A stretch of 64,000 nt of DNA, from NCBI RefSeq assembly GCF_003334405.1, contig NZ_QOWM01000015.1. The stretch is one strand, 5' to 3'. The notes beneath the pieces are model-generated. The model was not told where the DNA came from and did not search any database. It saw only the letters and a program-made list of their open reading frames with translations. The DNA comes from Escherichia coli. Its GTDB lineage: Bacteria; Pseudomonadota; Gammaproteobacteria; Enterobacterales; Enterobacteriaceae. Of the stretch, positions 45,684 through 55,580 are shown piece by piece (position 1 is the stretch's first letter; each line of letters starts with the position of its first letter). Made by a program: the position numbers and the translations under genes.

Positions 45684-46082
45684 TTATTGAAAAAGGCCGG
45701 TTTTCATCTTGCTGTTGTTTTCAGAGAACGTCCACTTGCTGACGGTTTCGCCTTTAAATTCGATTTCCAGCGTTTTGGCCTGCGTCTGTGAACCCCCGGT
45801 CAGCAGTCCAATCACGGGAATGAATGTGGTGGCATCAAACTGATTGTTGTCCATCGAATAAGTCCATTGTTCATTGCCACTATCAAGTGTAGTTTTGGTT
45901 TCGGGCTGACCGAATGCGGTAATGATTTCTGATTTCGTTGTTTTATTTTTGATGATTTTCGACTGCAGACTTTGTGATGTTTCTTTTTTTAGATGCTGGT
46001 TGCCTGATGTTGAACAGCCAGAAATAAGTAAAGAAGAAATAAAAAACACAGAAATCATGAATCTGTTCATAAGTTTTCTCAT
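45684..46082 (-). CDS. lipoprotein
   Basis: 132-aa ORF with signal peptide and lipobox LISGC. Confidence 0.6.
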   Translation of the reverse strand: MRKLMNRFMISVFFISSLLISGCSTSGNQHLKKETSQSLQSKIIKNKTTKSEIITAFGQPETKTTLDSGNEQWTYSMDNNQFDATTFIPVIGLLTGGSQTQAKTLEIEFKGETVSKWTFSENNSKMKTGLFQ

Positions 46083-46119
46083 ATTAATTTTTTATGTTTG
46101 CGGTGGTGTGAAATTAATA

Positions 46120-46395
46120 TCATCTTATAAAAACAACTCTGTCTGCATATTTCTTTTTAATAATGCAGATAAGAATAATGACGCTGGCAAAAAACGTAAT
46201 GACTGAGGCAGGAGTGCTGCCGGTCAATGAAAACACTAACCAGGCGAGAGCTAATGCCACGAATTGAAACAGGAATGCCACACTGAGTGGACTTTCACCA
46301 TAGGCCACTTTTGCATGGCAACCTTTGCAAACCCGCACACCGTGTGGGCTTTGTGTAAAGCAGAAAGGGCAGCTAATCGTTTTATTATCCATCAT
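46120..46395 (-). CDS. zinc-ribbon membrane protein
   Basis: 91-aa ORF with CPFC…CKGC zinc-ribbon motif followed by two hydrophobic helices. Confidence 0.5.
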   Translation of the reverse strand: MMDNKTISCPFCFTQSPHGVRVCKGCHAKVAYGESPLSVAFLFQFVALALAWLVFSLTGSTPASVITFFASVIILICIIKKKYADRVVFIR

Positions 46396-46580
46396 GACTC
46401 CGTAGCCTGATTTAAGGTGATGTATTTTTGAACATTTTCGATGAATGAACTGCTTTAGTAAAATTGCTTGTACCGATCGATGGATCTCAGGCGATAGGTT
46501 ATATCTATTATAGCTAGATTATCGATCTATAAAAACGATCGATATCTTATTGACTATCACTAAAGTATGGACTAGCTAAC

Positions 46581-47810
46581 TTATGGTGCAGGATGGTTGT
46601 TGTTTTTAAATGATTGTTCTTTATTGGTATTTGTTGTCATGGGATGACAGGGTGTCAGAATATGTAGGTGGAGGATTTGGTGGAAAGGATGTGCAGTGGC
46701 ATGTAACAGAGACATGCCTCTGCGCCTGAGAAGTGCCACAATATGGACGAGCAATACAAGCCATGAATACAGACGACGCTGGCGGGGTATCTGACGAGCT
46801 GTATTGTGCAGATTGCTCCTGAGCTGGATGATACCCACTGTCTCCTGTTGTCTTTCCAGACGAATTTTTTCTTCAAGCTGATGGATTTTCTCCAGAATCG
46901 TTTCCCGGTTTGCAGCCTGCTCTTCAGACTCGCATGATGGCACTGGCACTGGCACTGGCACTGGCACTGGCACTGGCGCGGTTGTAGGTTCTATTGGCCT
47001 CTGGGCTTCTTTCAGTAAACTCAGATGCTCAGGCGTAAAATCAATCAGTGCTTGCAGGGAAGACCAGCCATATTTTTTACCCAACTGAGATGCTTTAAAG
47101 GCAATACCCTGGTATTGAAATGAAAATCCACTCATTTTACCCGTAGTGGCGATATTGGGTTTGCAGGTCACTCCTTCCTGTTCCAGTAAGCGAACAAAGG
47201 TTAGTAAATCGGGATGGTGTGTTAATGCATTGTCGAGCAGGGCCTGCAACAGTGACTTAGGGCAGGGAGCTGCTGTGCGTTCTGCCATCATCAGTTCATT
47301 ACGGGAAGGCTTCCTTTTATCCTGGCGGCTACTGCCGGTTACACCCGTAGTTTCGGTGAGGCCGTGTACTCTCTCCAGCTCACTGATAATCCGTGTGCCG
47401 ATAAGATTTTCATTTTTCCCCAGGTACAGTTTTCCACCGACCATGTTAATACGACTTGCAATGATATGAATATGCTGCCCATCCGGATCATCGTGCATGA
47501 TATAGCAGCGAAGATGGGTGTCAGTGAAGCCCATTCGGGCCATATAATCGTCAGCGAATGCTGCCCACTGTCTGTTTGACAGTTTCTCACCCTTTGGCAG
47601 GCGAAGTGAATTATGCCAGACAGGTTTGGCGACATCGGGACGCAGCAGTCGGGTGCCTTCAAATTCACTTATAAGCTCAGCAGCAGTGCTACCCGTCATG
47701 TTGCCACCGATGACATAAGGCGTGATTTTGTGGTGAGAACCTGACTTCAGGCTATAAATAACCACACCTGTGAATTGTTTACCCCTTTTTATTTTCTGCA
47801 TGCCTTTCAT
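46581..47810 (-). CDS. mobilization relaxase (MobA/MobL-like) with (Pro-Val)n linker
   Basis: 409-aa ORF; three-histidine relaxase motif HDDPDGQHIHII; internal PVPVPVPVPVPVP tract encoded by six GGCACT hexamers (46939-46974); the extreme C-terminus may be read-through. Confidence 0.75.
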   Translation of the reverse strand: MKGMQKIKRGKQFTGVVIYSLKSGSHHKITPYVIGGNMTGSTAAELISEFEGTRLLRPDVAKPVWHNSLRLPKGEKLSNRQWAAFADDYMARMGFTDTHLRCYIMHDDPDGQHIHIIASRINMVGGKLYLGKNENLIGTRIISELERVHGLTETTGVTGSSRQDKRKPSRNELMMAERTAAPCPKSLLQALLDNALTHHPDLLTFVRLLEQEGVTCKPNIATTGKMSGFSFQYQGIAFKASQLGKKYGWSSLQALIDFTPEHLSLLKEAQRPIEPTTAPVPVPVPVPVPVPSCESEEQAANRETILEKIHQLEEKIRLERQQETVGIIQLRSNLHNTARQIPRQRRLYSWLVLLVHIVALLRRRGMSLLHATAHPFHQILHLHILTPCHPMTTNTNKEQSFKNNNHPAP

Positions 47811-48214
47811 GGGTCTGACTCCAGAAATGTTGAGGGAATAAGGTGATCCCTGAGAGTTTTGATTTGTCTGCGCAGGGCGAAGAGTTCTGTACGGGTCAGT
47901 TCGCTGTCAGGGCTTTTGCTGTCGAGATGACTCAACAGGTAGTTTAAATCCTGTGAAAGGCTGCCAAGTTTTATCCATGCTTCACGATTGATTTCTGGCA
48001 GAACCGGCGGGAGTTTATTCAGGGAAGCCATCCTGAGCCATTCTCCTTTTTTATACTGACCTCTTTTACTGTCGAGAATAATTAATTCTTCTTCATTTAA
48101 TCTGACACTGATGCAGTGATGTCGTATTTCATTCTCAGGAAATTTGTCAGTATGGAATTTACCGCGTTTTGATACTCTGGTTATATCATCATCATTACTC
48201 ATGTCACTGTTCAT
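47807..48214 (-). CDS. MobC-like relaxosome accessory protein
   Basis: 135-aa ORF whose stop overlaps the relaxase start by 4 nt. Confidence 0.6.
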   Translation of the reverse strand: MNSDMSNDDDITRVSKRGKFHTDKFPENEIRHHCISVRLNEEELIILDSKRGQYKKGEWLRMASLNKLPPVLPEINREAWIKLGSLSQDLNYLLSHLDSKSPDSELTRTELFALRRQIKTLRDHLIPSTFLESDP

Positions 48215-48415
48215 AGTTATCCTTTTATTTCATGTTTATTACTACAGATAACCGATGAAATGAATAAGTCAAGTTGTTACGGGATAAATAATTTAATTAT
48301 CTGGATTAAAAAAGGTATACCATTTGACAAATAGTATACCCACGAGGACATATCAGATTAATGGTCATTAAATGAATCCTTGCAGACTAAGAAAAGGGTT
48401 GTTTACTCCAGAGTT

Positions 48416-49369
48416 TTAGAGTCTTTTTCGTACAGATGAACGGGGGATCTCTGGCTTCATTTCTTTTAACAGGTCTTTTTTCTCTCTTGCTGCGATATAA
48501 GAAAAAATCTTATCGGAGTCAGAACGCTGTCTGAGTATATCGTCGTCCATTCGGATACCATTTCGAATGAACCATTTCACACTTTCTATGCCGGTGTAGA
48601 TACCAATATGTTTATCATGATAACAATTATAAAACTGAACATGACTGATATCGGTATATTTTTTCAGTGAGGTAAAGAAGTACTTCATGTTTTTGACATA
48701 TAATGCGAAGGAACAGTGTTCAGCGATAAGGATATTACGCCCTTTTTCATGAAGCAAAGCAATTAGAGGCAAAGCCTCAGTTGAAACATGTTTAAATAAT
48801 ACTGGCGTGCTGTCTATTCTATCAACATGGCGTTTGAGGGCATTAATACTGAAATCATATATCCACCACTCGTTGTCAGTCGGAAGATCCAGCACCGCTT
48901 TGCCACCATAATCTCTGTGGTTTATGTCACACCCTTTATTTACCCAGTAATCAAAGACGTCATGATCGAGGAGGTCATAAAGAAGCGTTTGTCCTTCGTT
49001 ATCTGTGCTGTGGATATCAATGCCCGCGTTTATGAGGAGTTCCGCACAATCTATGGCGTAGCGCTGCCAGTGAAGACAGGACTGGCCTTTATTATTTTTG
49101 TGGTGAACGTTAATACCTGACTTTATCAATAGCCTCACTGCACGTGGGCTTTTTCTGCTAAACAGGGCATTATTACCATAACAATCTGTATGGTTCAGCG
49201 CTATGCCTGCTTCAATCATGGCTTTTAAAGCCCCGATACTGTCGCAACCGAAAAGGGCGTTTTCACCGTGTTCATTAAGTGTGTTAATGTCAATGCCTGC
49301 AGCAATGCAATTCTGGACGTCTTTTTTAGTTTTGCTGTCAAATAAATTATCTTCTGTATAGTTACTCAT
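48416..49369 (-). CDS. ankyrin-repeat protein
   Basis: 317-aa ORF; N-terminal half has repeated ankyrin-like units (…GENALFGC…LKAMIEAGIALNHTDCYGNNALF…AVRLLIKSGINVHHKNNKGQSCLHW…AELLINAGIDIHSTDNEGQTLLY…); C-terminus …SSVRKRL. Confidence 0.7.
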   Translation of the reverse strand: MSNYTEDNLFDSKTKKDVQNCIAAGIDINTLNEHGENALFGCDSIGALKAMIEAGIALNHTDCYGNNALFSRKSPRAVRLLIKSGINVHHKNNKGQSCLHWQRYAIDCAELLINAGIDIHSTDNEGQTLLYDLLDHDVFDYWVNKGCDINHRDYGGKAVLDLPTDNEWWIYDFSINALKRHVDRIDSTPVLFKHVSTEALPLIALLHEKGRNILIAEHCSFALYVKNMKYFFTSLKKYTDISHVQFYNCYHDKHIGIYTGIESVKWFIRNGIRMDDDILRQRSDSDKIFSYIAAREKKDLLKEMKPEIPRSSVRKRL

Positions 49370-49383
49370 GGGCGTTCTCCTTT

Positions 49384-49824
49384 TTAAGCGGTCGTTTTGT
49401 GCCAGGTATTATTGTTGTATTCATATTCTTTTATCTTAATGATCTCGTCATAGATCCGTGAAAAAGAAAACCATGAGATCTCTTTCACTTCGCCTTTTTT
49501 GTTTGTGTAAATGATATTGCAGCCACGAAAAGAAAATGACTGATAGAAAGTATCGTGATTCTCCTCTTTAAGAAAACGGGTAAAAGCTTTTATGGTGTCT
49601 TTTTTTTCCATGCTATAAGAGAAAAAGGTATGGATAGCAAATATGGTCAGAATATTTCTTTCCGTCACCATATGTCTGGAAAAATAATTAAGATAAAAAA
49701 CATGATCTTCAATGCTATTTTTACAGAATATTGAAAAGTGAGGGTTATACAGACGGTAGAGATCTGTATTCTTTTTTGTTTTAGATAGGTAACTTGTCAG
49801 GGTTGAATAGTTTTGTTTTTTCAT
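49384..49824 (-). CDS. hypothetical protein (upstream partner of the ankyrin gene)
   Basis: 146-aa ORF ending 15 nt before the ankyrin start, same strand. Confidence 0.5.
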   Translation of the reverse strand: MKKQNYSTLTSYLSKTKKNTDLYRLYNPHFSIFCKNSIEDHVFYLNYFSRHMVTERNILTIFAIHTFFSYSMEKKDTIKAFTRFLKEENHDTFYQSFSFRGCNIIYTNKKGEVKEISWFSFSRIYDEIIKIKEYEYNNNTWHKTTA

Positions 49825-49826
49825 TT

Positions 49827-50183
49827 TTATTCTCCTTTATTATTTTGATGAAATGAATGTATATTATCAAATAAATAAAAATCAAATTTATTTTTAATAA
49901 TAAAAAATAAGCAAGCGTTTTCTTTTGAATAAACTAATTTAATGTGATGTTTTATATAAATAAATTCATAGTTTGCAAAAAGTGCTATTTTTATTTCATG
50001 GTTGATTGATGGGCGTTTTTCCCCATTGCTTAGGGGGAAATATATCCCATTAATATTAAATGTTTGAAGTGAATCGTATTTTAGCAGGGGAATATTATAT
50101 CTTTTACTTCTGTTTTGATTTTCAACTTTGTGTGTGAGACACAATATGTGATAGTGTTGTGATAATCGTAAGTATCCTGCCAA
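49827..50183 (-). CDS. hypothetical protein (doubtful)
   Basis: 118-aa ORF in extremely AT-rich DNA; may be non-coding. Confidence 0.25.
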   Translation of the reverse strand: MAGYLRLSQHYHILCLTHKVENQNRSKRYNIPLLKYDSLQTFNINGIYFPLSNGEKRPSINHEIKIALFANYEFIYIKHHIKLVYSKENACLFFIIKNKFDFYLFDNIHSFHQNNKGE

Positions 50184-50405
50184 AACGAATCATTCACTTT
50201 AAACCTTTACTGACATATTGGTTATATATTCTGAGAAATTTATAGTGCAAAAGGCTCGGTGTGCAGACTTACGCCAGCCCAATCAAGCCGTAGTGCTTTA
50301 GTTTTGGGGCTTAGGTATGGTGGAAAAAAGCGACTCGTTAAGCTTACTGAGCTCTATGTATTTCAGGAGTCGGTCAGTAAGTTAACGATCCAAGAGGCTC
50401 ATCAA

Positions 50406-50678
50406 TCATAAGAGATGTATCAATCTTGCGAGACTCTCACGGATTTTATCGCCGTCATAAATAGCAATCTCTTCAATATTGTTACCAATGAAAGTTTCAG
50501 CTGCCTGGATGGCTATCAGTTCAGACATACCAACGTTATCAGCCAGCAGGCGTGCTGCAATGACCTTGCTTTCAAGAGTTAGGATGACCGGCCTGTAGCC
50601 TGCGCGTTTGATTTTGATACAGTGTGAAATCAATTTCTCCATAGGTGCGGTGGTCACTTGGAATGCAGTCGTACCCAC
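50406..50678 (-). pseudogene. possible gene remnant
   Basis: 90-aa ORF in a ~1.3 kb stretch (50.2-51.5 kb) lacking long ORFs; no family recognised. Confidence 0.25.
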
Positions 50679-51401
50679 CTGAAAGGCCCCTTCACGGTCA
50701 ATGTGTGGATCATTAGCATTGGCCCTGCGACTACTGATTTTAACATCTAGGGAAACGTAGCTGATGTTTGGCTTCGATAAGATTCTGTAGCACCGCCTCA
50801 GTGGGGTTGTCAGAACATTCCGCTGCCGCCTTAAGAATATCGCTTACTAGAGATGAAACTGGTTGATTGTAATCCCGGTCGACCGTTACTCTATGTTTAT
50901 CCGGATAATTTTGGCGTACACATTAAGTGAAGAAAACTTCAAAGTGATTTGAAACAGATGTTGTATTCACTGGCTCATTTACATTAACTTGAGTGTTGTT
51001 CAGCACATGTTGAAACGCAGCTGTAAGGAAGATGATACAGCCAAGATGTATCCTTCATTATGGGGATTGGCGCGATGACCACCACGGCTTAGCCCGATTG
51101 ATTATTTGGAAATTGATTAGAATGCATAATCTGGGCTGAGCTCACTTAAAGTCTCTAATGTTTGACTTGGAGATTTGGGGGGCAGTGGCTTTCAGTTTTG
51201 TTAACTCTAACATCTGGTTTACGTTCCTTTTGGAACAAGAAGCAGAGGTCTGCTAAGTAATGGTTGTACTGCTTGTGATAGGTATGACTGCATGTTCAGC
51301 GAGCAAGAATGGCTTAAAAGTTCTGTTACTGAGCACCCCATGAAGTTAGAACGATGTCATAACGTGCACGTAACCGTTGAACTGTTCTCTTACAGATAAT
51401 C

Positions 51402-51440
51402 TCTACATAGCTATTATTGCTTAGGCGGTAGCTATGTAGA
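51402..51440. promoter_or_regulatory. 12-bp perfect inverted repeat upstream of the NACHT gene (candidate operator)
   Basis: TCTACATAGCTA (51402-51413) and TAGCTATGTAGA (51429-51440) with a 15-bp spacer, ~80 bp upstream of the start at 51518. Confidence 0.45.
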
Positions 51441-51517
51441 TGGTTTTTGTAATATTATATTAAAAGTTCATACAGCGACTATAGCATCATTGCGAAAAAT
51501 ATCAGGAGGTGAGTTTA

Positions 51518-53623
51518 ATGTTACGAAAAAGCAAACTTACAGAGATATATAAAAGGTTTGGTTTTACTGAAGAAAATACAGGTAACGAAAGTATTGCTGT
51601 ATATTCTATTAAAACAGGGCACTACCATAACGCGGACATACTTCCACTAAATAATGAGGTTAATGTAAATCAAACCTTTGAAGAATATAGGCAGTTAGGT
51701 TATGCATGTCAAATTAAAAAATATCAGTCTTATGAAGAAGCACATAAGGAATTATTTAATGGCTTCTTTAGCGTCGATTCAACTAAAGAAAGGTTGATTA
51801 AAGATTATAATACTTTCACAGATTCAATTGTAAAAATTCACTCACCTACTGCAACTTATTCCTACATAAATTCAAAATATTACTTAAATGGTGTTATTGG
51901 CGAAGCTAATGTTGTTACGGAAATATTAGAGAGAATACAACATAGGCGTCCAATTCTGTTTTTGATTGAGGCTGCAGCCGGTTTTGGAAAGACTTGCACG
52001 GCGTATGAATTATTGAGGGAGATTATAGTTAACAATATAGGGAAAATACCATTATTTTCAGAACTATCAAGGAATAGGCAAGCAAAAATATTCAGGTATG
52101 TACTATTAGATGAAATTGATAGAAGTTTTCCTTTGTTAAGCTCAGCCTTAGTAAGGAATGAAATAAGAGCAGGAAATGTACCAGTTATACTTGACGGGTT
52201 TGATGAACTATTGCATGAAAGTACAAACGGAATTGAAAATAATTATGAAAAAACAGAGCCAATGCTGGAAACAATAAGTGAGCTTCTAACTGATAGTGCA
52301 AAAGTGGTTTTGACAACTCGAAGAACAGCTATATTTGACGGAGATGAATTCCATCAGTGGATAGCATCACATCAAGAAGATTTTGATGTGATAAGAATAA
52401 GAATTCATGAACCACAAATTGAAGACTGGCTTCCAGGTCAACGTTTAGATGAAATTTCATCGACAGGATTTCCTCTTAACAAATTATCAAACCCTGTACT
52501 GCTATCATTTCTAAGATGCATCGACGACACCGACTTTAATAAAGTTATAAGCGACCCAACAACTATAGTGAGGAAGTATTTTGATTCAATGCTTGAGCGA
52601 GAAAGAAAAAGACAAGATTTATTAATGTCTATTGAAGATCAATATACTATACTAAAAATAATAGCTGACGACATGGTCGAGGGTAACTACACATCTGAGT
52701 CTAGAGAGTATATATCGTTAGTCATAACTGAAAAGAATCAACAACTCTTGGAGGCTACAAGAAAGCTTTATACTGTAGATGAAAGACCAACTACTGACGA
52801 ATTAGTTAATAAATTAGCATCGCATGCTCTATTAGATCGGTCAGGCTCAGAAAACCAAGGTATTGGATTTGTTAATGAATTTGTTCTTGGTAATTTTGTT
52901 TCTGAAAATATTATTAATGATAAGTCAAATGAATGGATTGGTGATAAACGTTTTATAGAACCAGCAGTGCAATCTTATATGCCGAGGATCGATGATGAAA
53001 AAGAATTACTTTGGCATAGCTTAGAGTTTGCTTTATATTTTATGTCAGGTAATGATAAAATCCTTTATAGTCATTTGCTTATAGGAAAAGTTCCATTAGA
53101 TTTAAAAAATGATAGTGTTGAGCAATTGTCTATATCAAAACTTTCTTTAGGCGATATAAATATAATACATGATACTATCTTTGTTGATTGTTCCTTTTTT
53201 AGCAGCATATTTACCTGTGGTAATTATAAAAACGTTACATTCGTGAACTGTTCTTTTATAGATTGTAGTTTTAACGAATTAAGTGGTAGGGAAGATATTT
53301 ATTTTTTGGGATGTGAATGTGACAATGATGCTATTAATAAAAAATCTGTCGAGATAAACAGTGAAAATGATCACGATATTACAGATTGTGATATTTACAT
53401 CTTAGAGAAGTTCTGTCCCAGAGGGAGTGTTAGCTATCATAAGCATCGGCCTATAAAAGGCTTATGTTCTAACAACAATCAATTTCAGTTAAGTGAAATA
53501 CTCCATTCTTTAGATAAATTGAGGAAAGACGGTCTTTTACTTACGCCAGACAAGCGTTCGTTCCTTGAACTTAACATGGCAAGAATATCAGAGATTAAAG
53601 CAATTCTTGGGAGGAATTTCTGA
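51518..53623 (+). CDS. NACHT-type STAND P-loop NTPase with Cys-rich repeat C-terminus
   Basis: ORF 51509-53623; ATG at 51518 sits 8 nt after AGGAGGT. Walker A LIEAAAGFGKT, Walker B VILDGFDEL (hhhhDGhDE), then VVLTTRR, in NACHT order; C-terminal Cys-rich region (FVDCSFFSSIFTCGNYKNVTFVNCSFIDCSF…). Confidence 0.75.
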   Translation: MLRKSKLTEIYKRFGFTEENTGNESIAVYSIKTGHYHNADILPLNNEVNVNQTFEEYRQLGYACQIKKYQSYEEAHKELFNGFFSVDSTKERLIKDYNTFTDSIVKIHSPTATYSYINSKYYLNGVIGEANVVTEILERIQHRRPILFLIEAAAGFGKTCTAYELLREIIVNNIGKIPLFSELSRNRQAKIFRYVLLDEIDRSFPLLSSALVRNEIRAGNVPVILDGFDELLHESTNGIENNYEKTEPMLETISELLTDSAKVVLTTRRTAIFDGDEFHQWIASHQEDFDVIRIRIHEPQIEDWLPGQRLDEISSTGFPLNKLSNPVLLSFLRCIDDTDFNKVISDPTTIVRKYFDSMLERERKRQDLLMSIEDQYTILKIIADDMVEGNYTSESREYISLVITEKNQQLLEATRKLYTVDERPTTDELVNKLASHALLDRSGSENQGIGFVNEFVLGNFVSENIINDKSNEWIGDKRFIEPAVQSYMPRIDDEKELLWHSLEFALYFMSGNDKILYSHLLIGKVPLDLKNDSVEQLSISKLSLGDINIIHDTIFVDCSFFSSIFTCGNYKNVTFVNCSFIDCSFNELSGREDIYFLGCECDNDAINKKSVEINSENDHDITDCDIYILEKFCPRGSVSYHKHRPIKGLCSNNNQFQLSEILHSLDKLRKDGLLLTPDKRSFLELNMARISEIKAILGRNF

Positions 53624-54528
53624 TGTATAACGGGAATGAATTGCGAATTATTCAAAGTTTGCAAAAAGATATAGAAGATGAACTTAATCGTATTGGATTA
53701 CTTTATCGTTTTTTTTCGAGGACAAAATCAGAAAGCTCAATAATTAAGAAATATGAAAAAGAGCCTAATAAATACTCAGAGGATGGTAAAAAAATTCAAG
53801 ACTTATTTGGGGTTAGGATAATATTATATTTTCCTGATGATTTATTTATTGCTCAAAAAACACTGGAGAAATTATTCGAAATTGAATCTAAAACCGTAGA
53901 CGAAACCACGGCTAATCTCTTTGCGGCAACTCGATGCAATTACGTCTTTAAGTTACCAGAAGTATTATCAAATGATAGTGTCTTATTAAAGAAATATTCT
54001 TATATTGATACTACTTTTGAAGTCCAATTTAGAACTATTTTATCTGAAGGATGGCATGAAGTTGAGCATGATCTACGCTATAAGTGCAAAGAGGATTGGG
54101 TTGAGCATAATGACCTTAGTCGCGCGCTGAATGGAATTTACGCCTCTTTGGAAACATCTGATTGGGGAATAATGAAGTTATTTGAGGATTTAGCATATAG
54201 AAATTATAAGTCAAGCGCATGGTCCGCTATGCTAAGAAATAAATTAAGATTGAGAATGGACGATAAGCTTGATGAAAAGATAATTTCAATAATTAATGAG
54301 AAAGAGCTTGGTAAAAAGTTTTATAGAATTGACAGAGATCGTTTGTTATCGTTAATGTTAGATTATAATATTGATATACCAATTAATCTTAATAATATAA
54401 TTTACCTTTGTAATTATTTTTTCATAAAATCTACGGAGCTTCAGGATATAGCCCCTGCTTTAATAATGAAAAAGCTTACAGATGCTGATGAAAAATTCAA
54501 TAAAAATACTATTTTAGCATCTAAATAA
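53623..54528 (+). CDS. RelA/SpoT-homolog (RSH) synthetase-fold nucleotidyltransferase, toxSAS-like
   Basis: 301-aa ORF whose ATG overlaps the upstream stop (TGATG). Motifs SRTKSESSIIKK, DLFGVRIILYFPDD and EVQFRTILSEGWHEVEHDLRYK match the (p)ppGpp synthetase fold (compare RelA EVQIRT…AAHWKYK). Confidence 0.7.
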   Translation: MYNGNELRIIQSLQKDIEDELNRIGLLYRFFSRTKSESSIIKKYEKEPNKYSEDGKKIQDLFGVRIILYFPDDLFIAQKTLEKLFEIESKTVDETTANLFAATRCNYVFKLPEVLSNDSVLLKKYSYIDTTFEVQFRTILSEGWHEVEHDLRYKCKEDWVEHNDLSRALNGIYASLETSDWGIMKLFEDLAYRNYKSSAWSAMLRNKLRLRMDDKLDEKIISIINEKELGKKFYRIDRDRLLSLMLDYNIDIPINLNNIIYLCNYFFIKSTELQDIAPALIMKKLTDADEKFNKNTILASK

Positions 54529-54555
54529 TAACTATCTCCGGCTATTAAGTAGGCC

Positions 54556-54590
54556 TTGTATTTTAGGCCTACTTAAAAAGTTTCATTATG
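54556..54590 (+). terminator. rho-independent terminator after the NACHT-RSH operon
   Basis: Hairpin AAGTAGGCC/GGCCTACTT with T-rich loop, followed by AAAAAGTTT, 28 nt after the stop. Confidence 0.55.
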
Positions 54591-55580
54591 TGAAGTGATG
54601 ATGATAGCAAATCTGATATCTTTATGGTTGGATGCGAGAAAATATTTTTATCCCGACACAACAACTGGTAATGATAGAAAATTTAAACCCAAAAATGCTA
54701 CAGTAGCCTCAGCTCACAAACGGAGTATAAAGTGGCGGTTACTCTTTAGTGGGAATACTGTAGATAGTTGATAAACTGGGCTGGATTTTCTTTTCTAACC
54801 GAAGGGAAGAAAAGCAAGGGGAACCCAAAGAAACAAGCGCAGCGGCTTCGTAGGGTTAGCCCTTGCTTCTTTTATAATTGGCATTATTCATTCAAGAACA
54901 ATAGGATCTTCGCTTGTACAAGCGAAGCTATAATAAAAAATCAATTAATTATTTTAAAAGTATTAAGCAAGAGCCTATTGACATTCGTAAAATAAAAGTT
55001 ATTTTTAATGTATGCCATAAATAAAAAGTTTTATGTCATATGTATCCTGCACTATGTGCAGTTAATGTGCCACTTGTCCCATATATGGGAATATTGGAAA
55101 GGTTACTTTGTTTTGAAGTAGCCTTTCGTCCTTCAATATTCACGATTACTTATTGCTATTACCAAGTCCAGTCGAATCGAAGAACATCTTTTATCTGAAA
55201 CGACTCCTAATACCAGGTTGAAGCCACAATATCTCTCGCATAAGTAGACCAAAGAAAAATTATGATATTAACTATGTGATTTTTTTTAGCGTTAAGTTGA
55301 ATAATTATATACTGGAGAGTTTTCTGTACACTACCAATTGCTGGTTCATCTGTTCTGCCGCTGATGTTTCTGACTAATCTCCCGGTGACACAGAACTGTC
55401 CCTCTCTACCAGCCTTTATTCGACTCAATGTCCGGCTGCTGATACGCAGTTATCCCTTCGTATCAATGACTGACTCTTAAACGCAATGCTTTGGTTGCTG
55501 GCGTATCTGACAGCTTCTTCGGCGTGAAGGTCGTTGTGTAAGTATACTTCTTGGTTTATTTAGGCTATATAAAACCATGA

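Noticed and set aside
46939-46974. Perfect tandem hexanucleotide repeat (GGCACT)6 as a possible CRISPR or phase-variation switch
   Set aside because: No spacers or CRISPR repeat architecture; unit length is a multiple of 3, so it cannot frameshift the gene and instead encodes an in-frame PV linker.
50700-51400. ORF-poor stretch between the gene remnant and the NACHT operon, considered as a possible ncRNA or IS remnant
   Set aside because: I could not recognise terminal inverted repeats, transposase motifs or a conserved RNA structure by eye; left as probable decayed sequence.
54768-54995. 75-aa ORF downstream of the NACHT-RSH terminator
   Set aside because: No RBS, low-complexity translation, lies in a non-coding stretch that contains a hairpin; probably not a gene.
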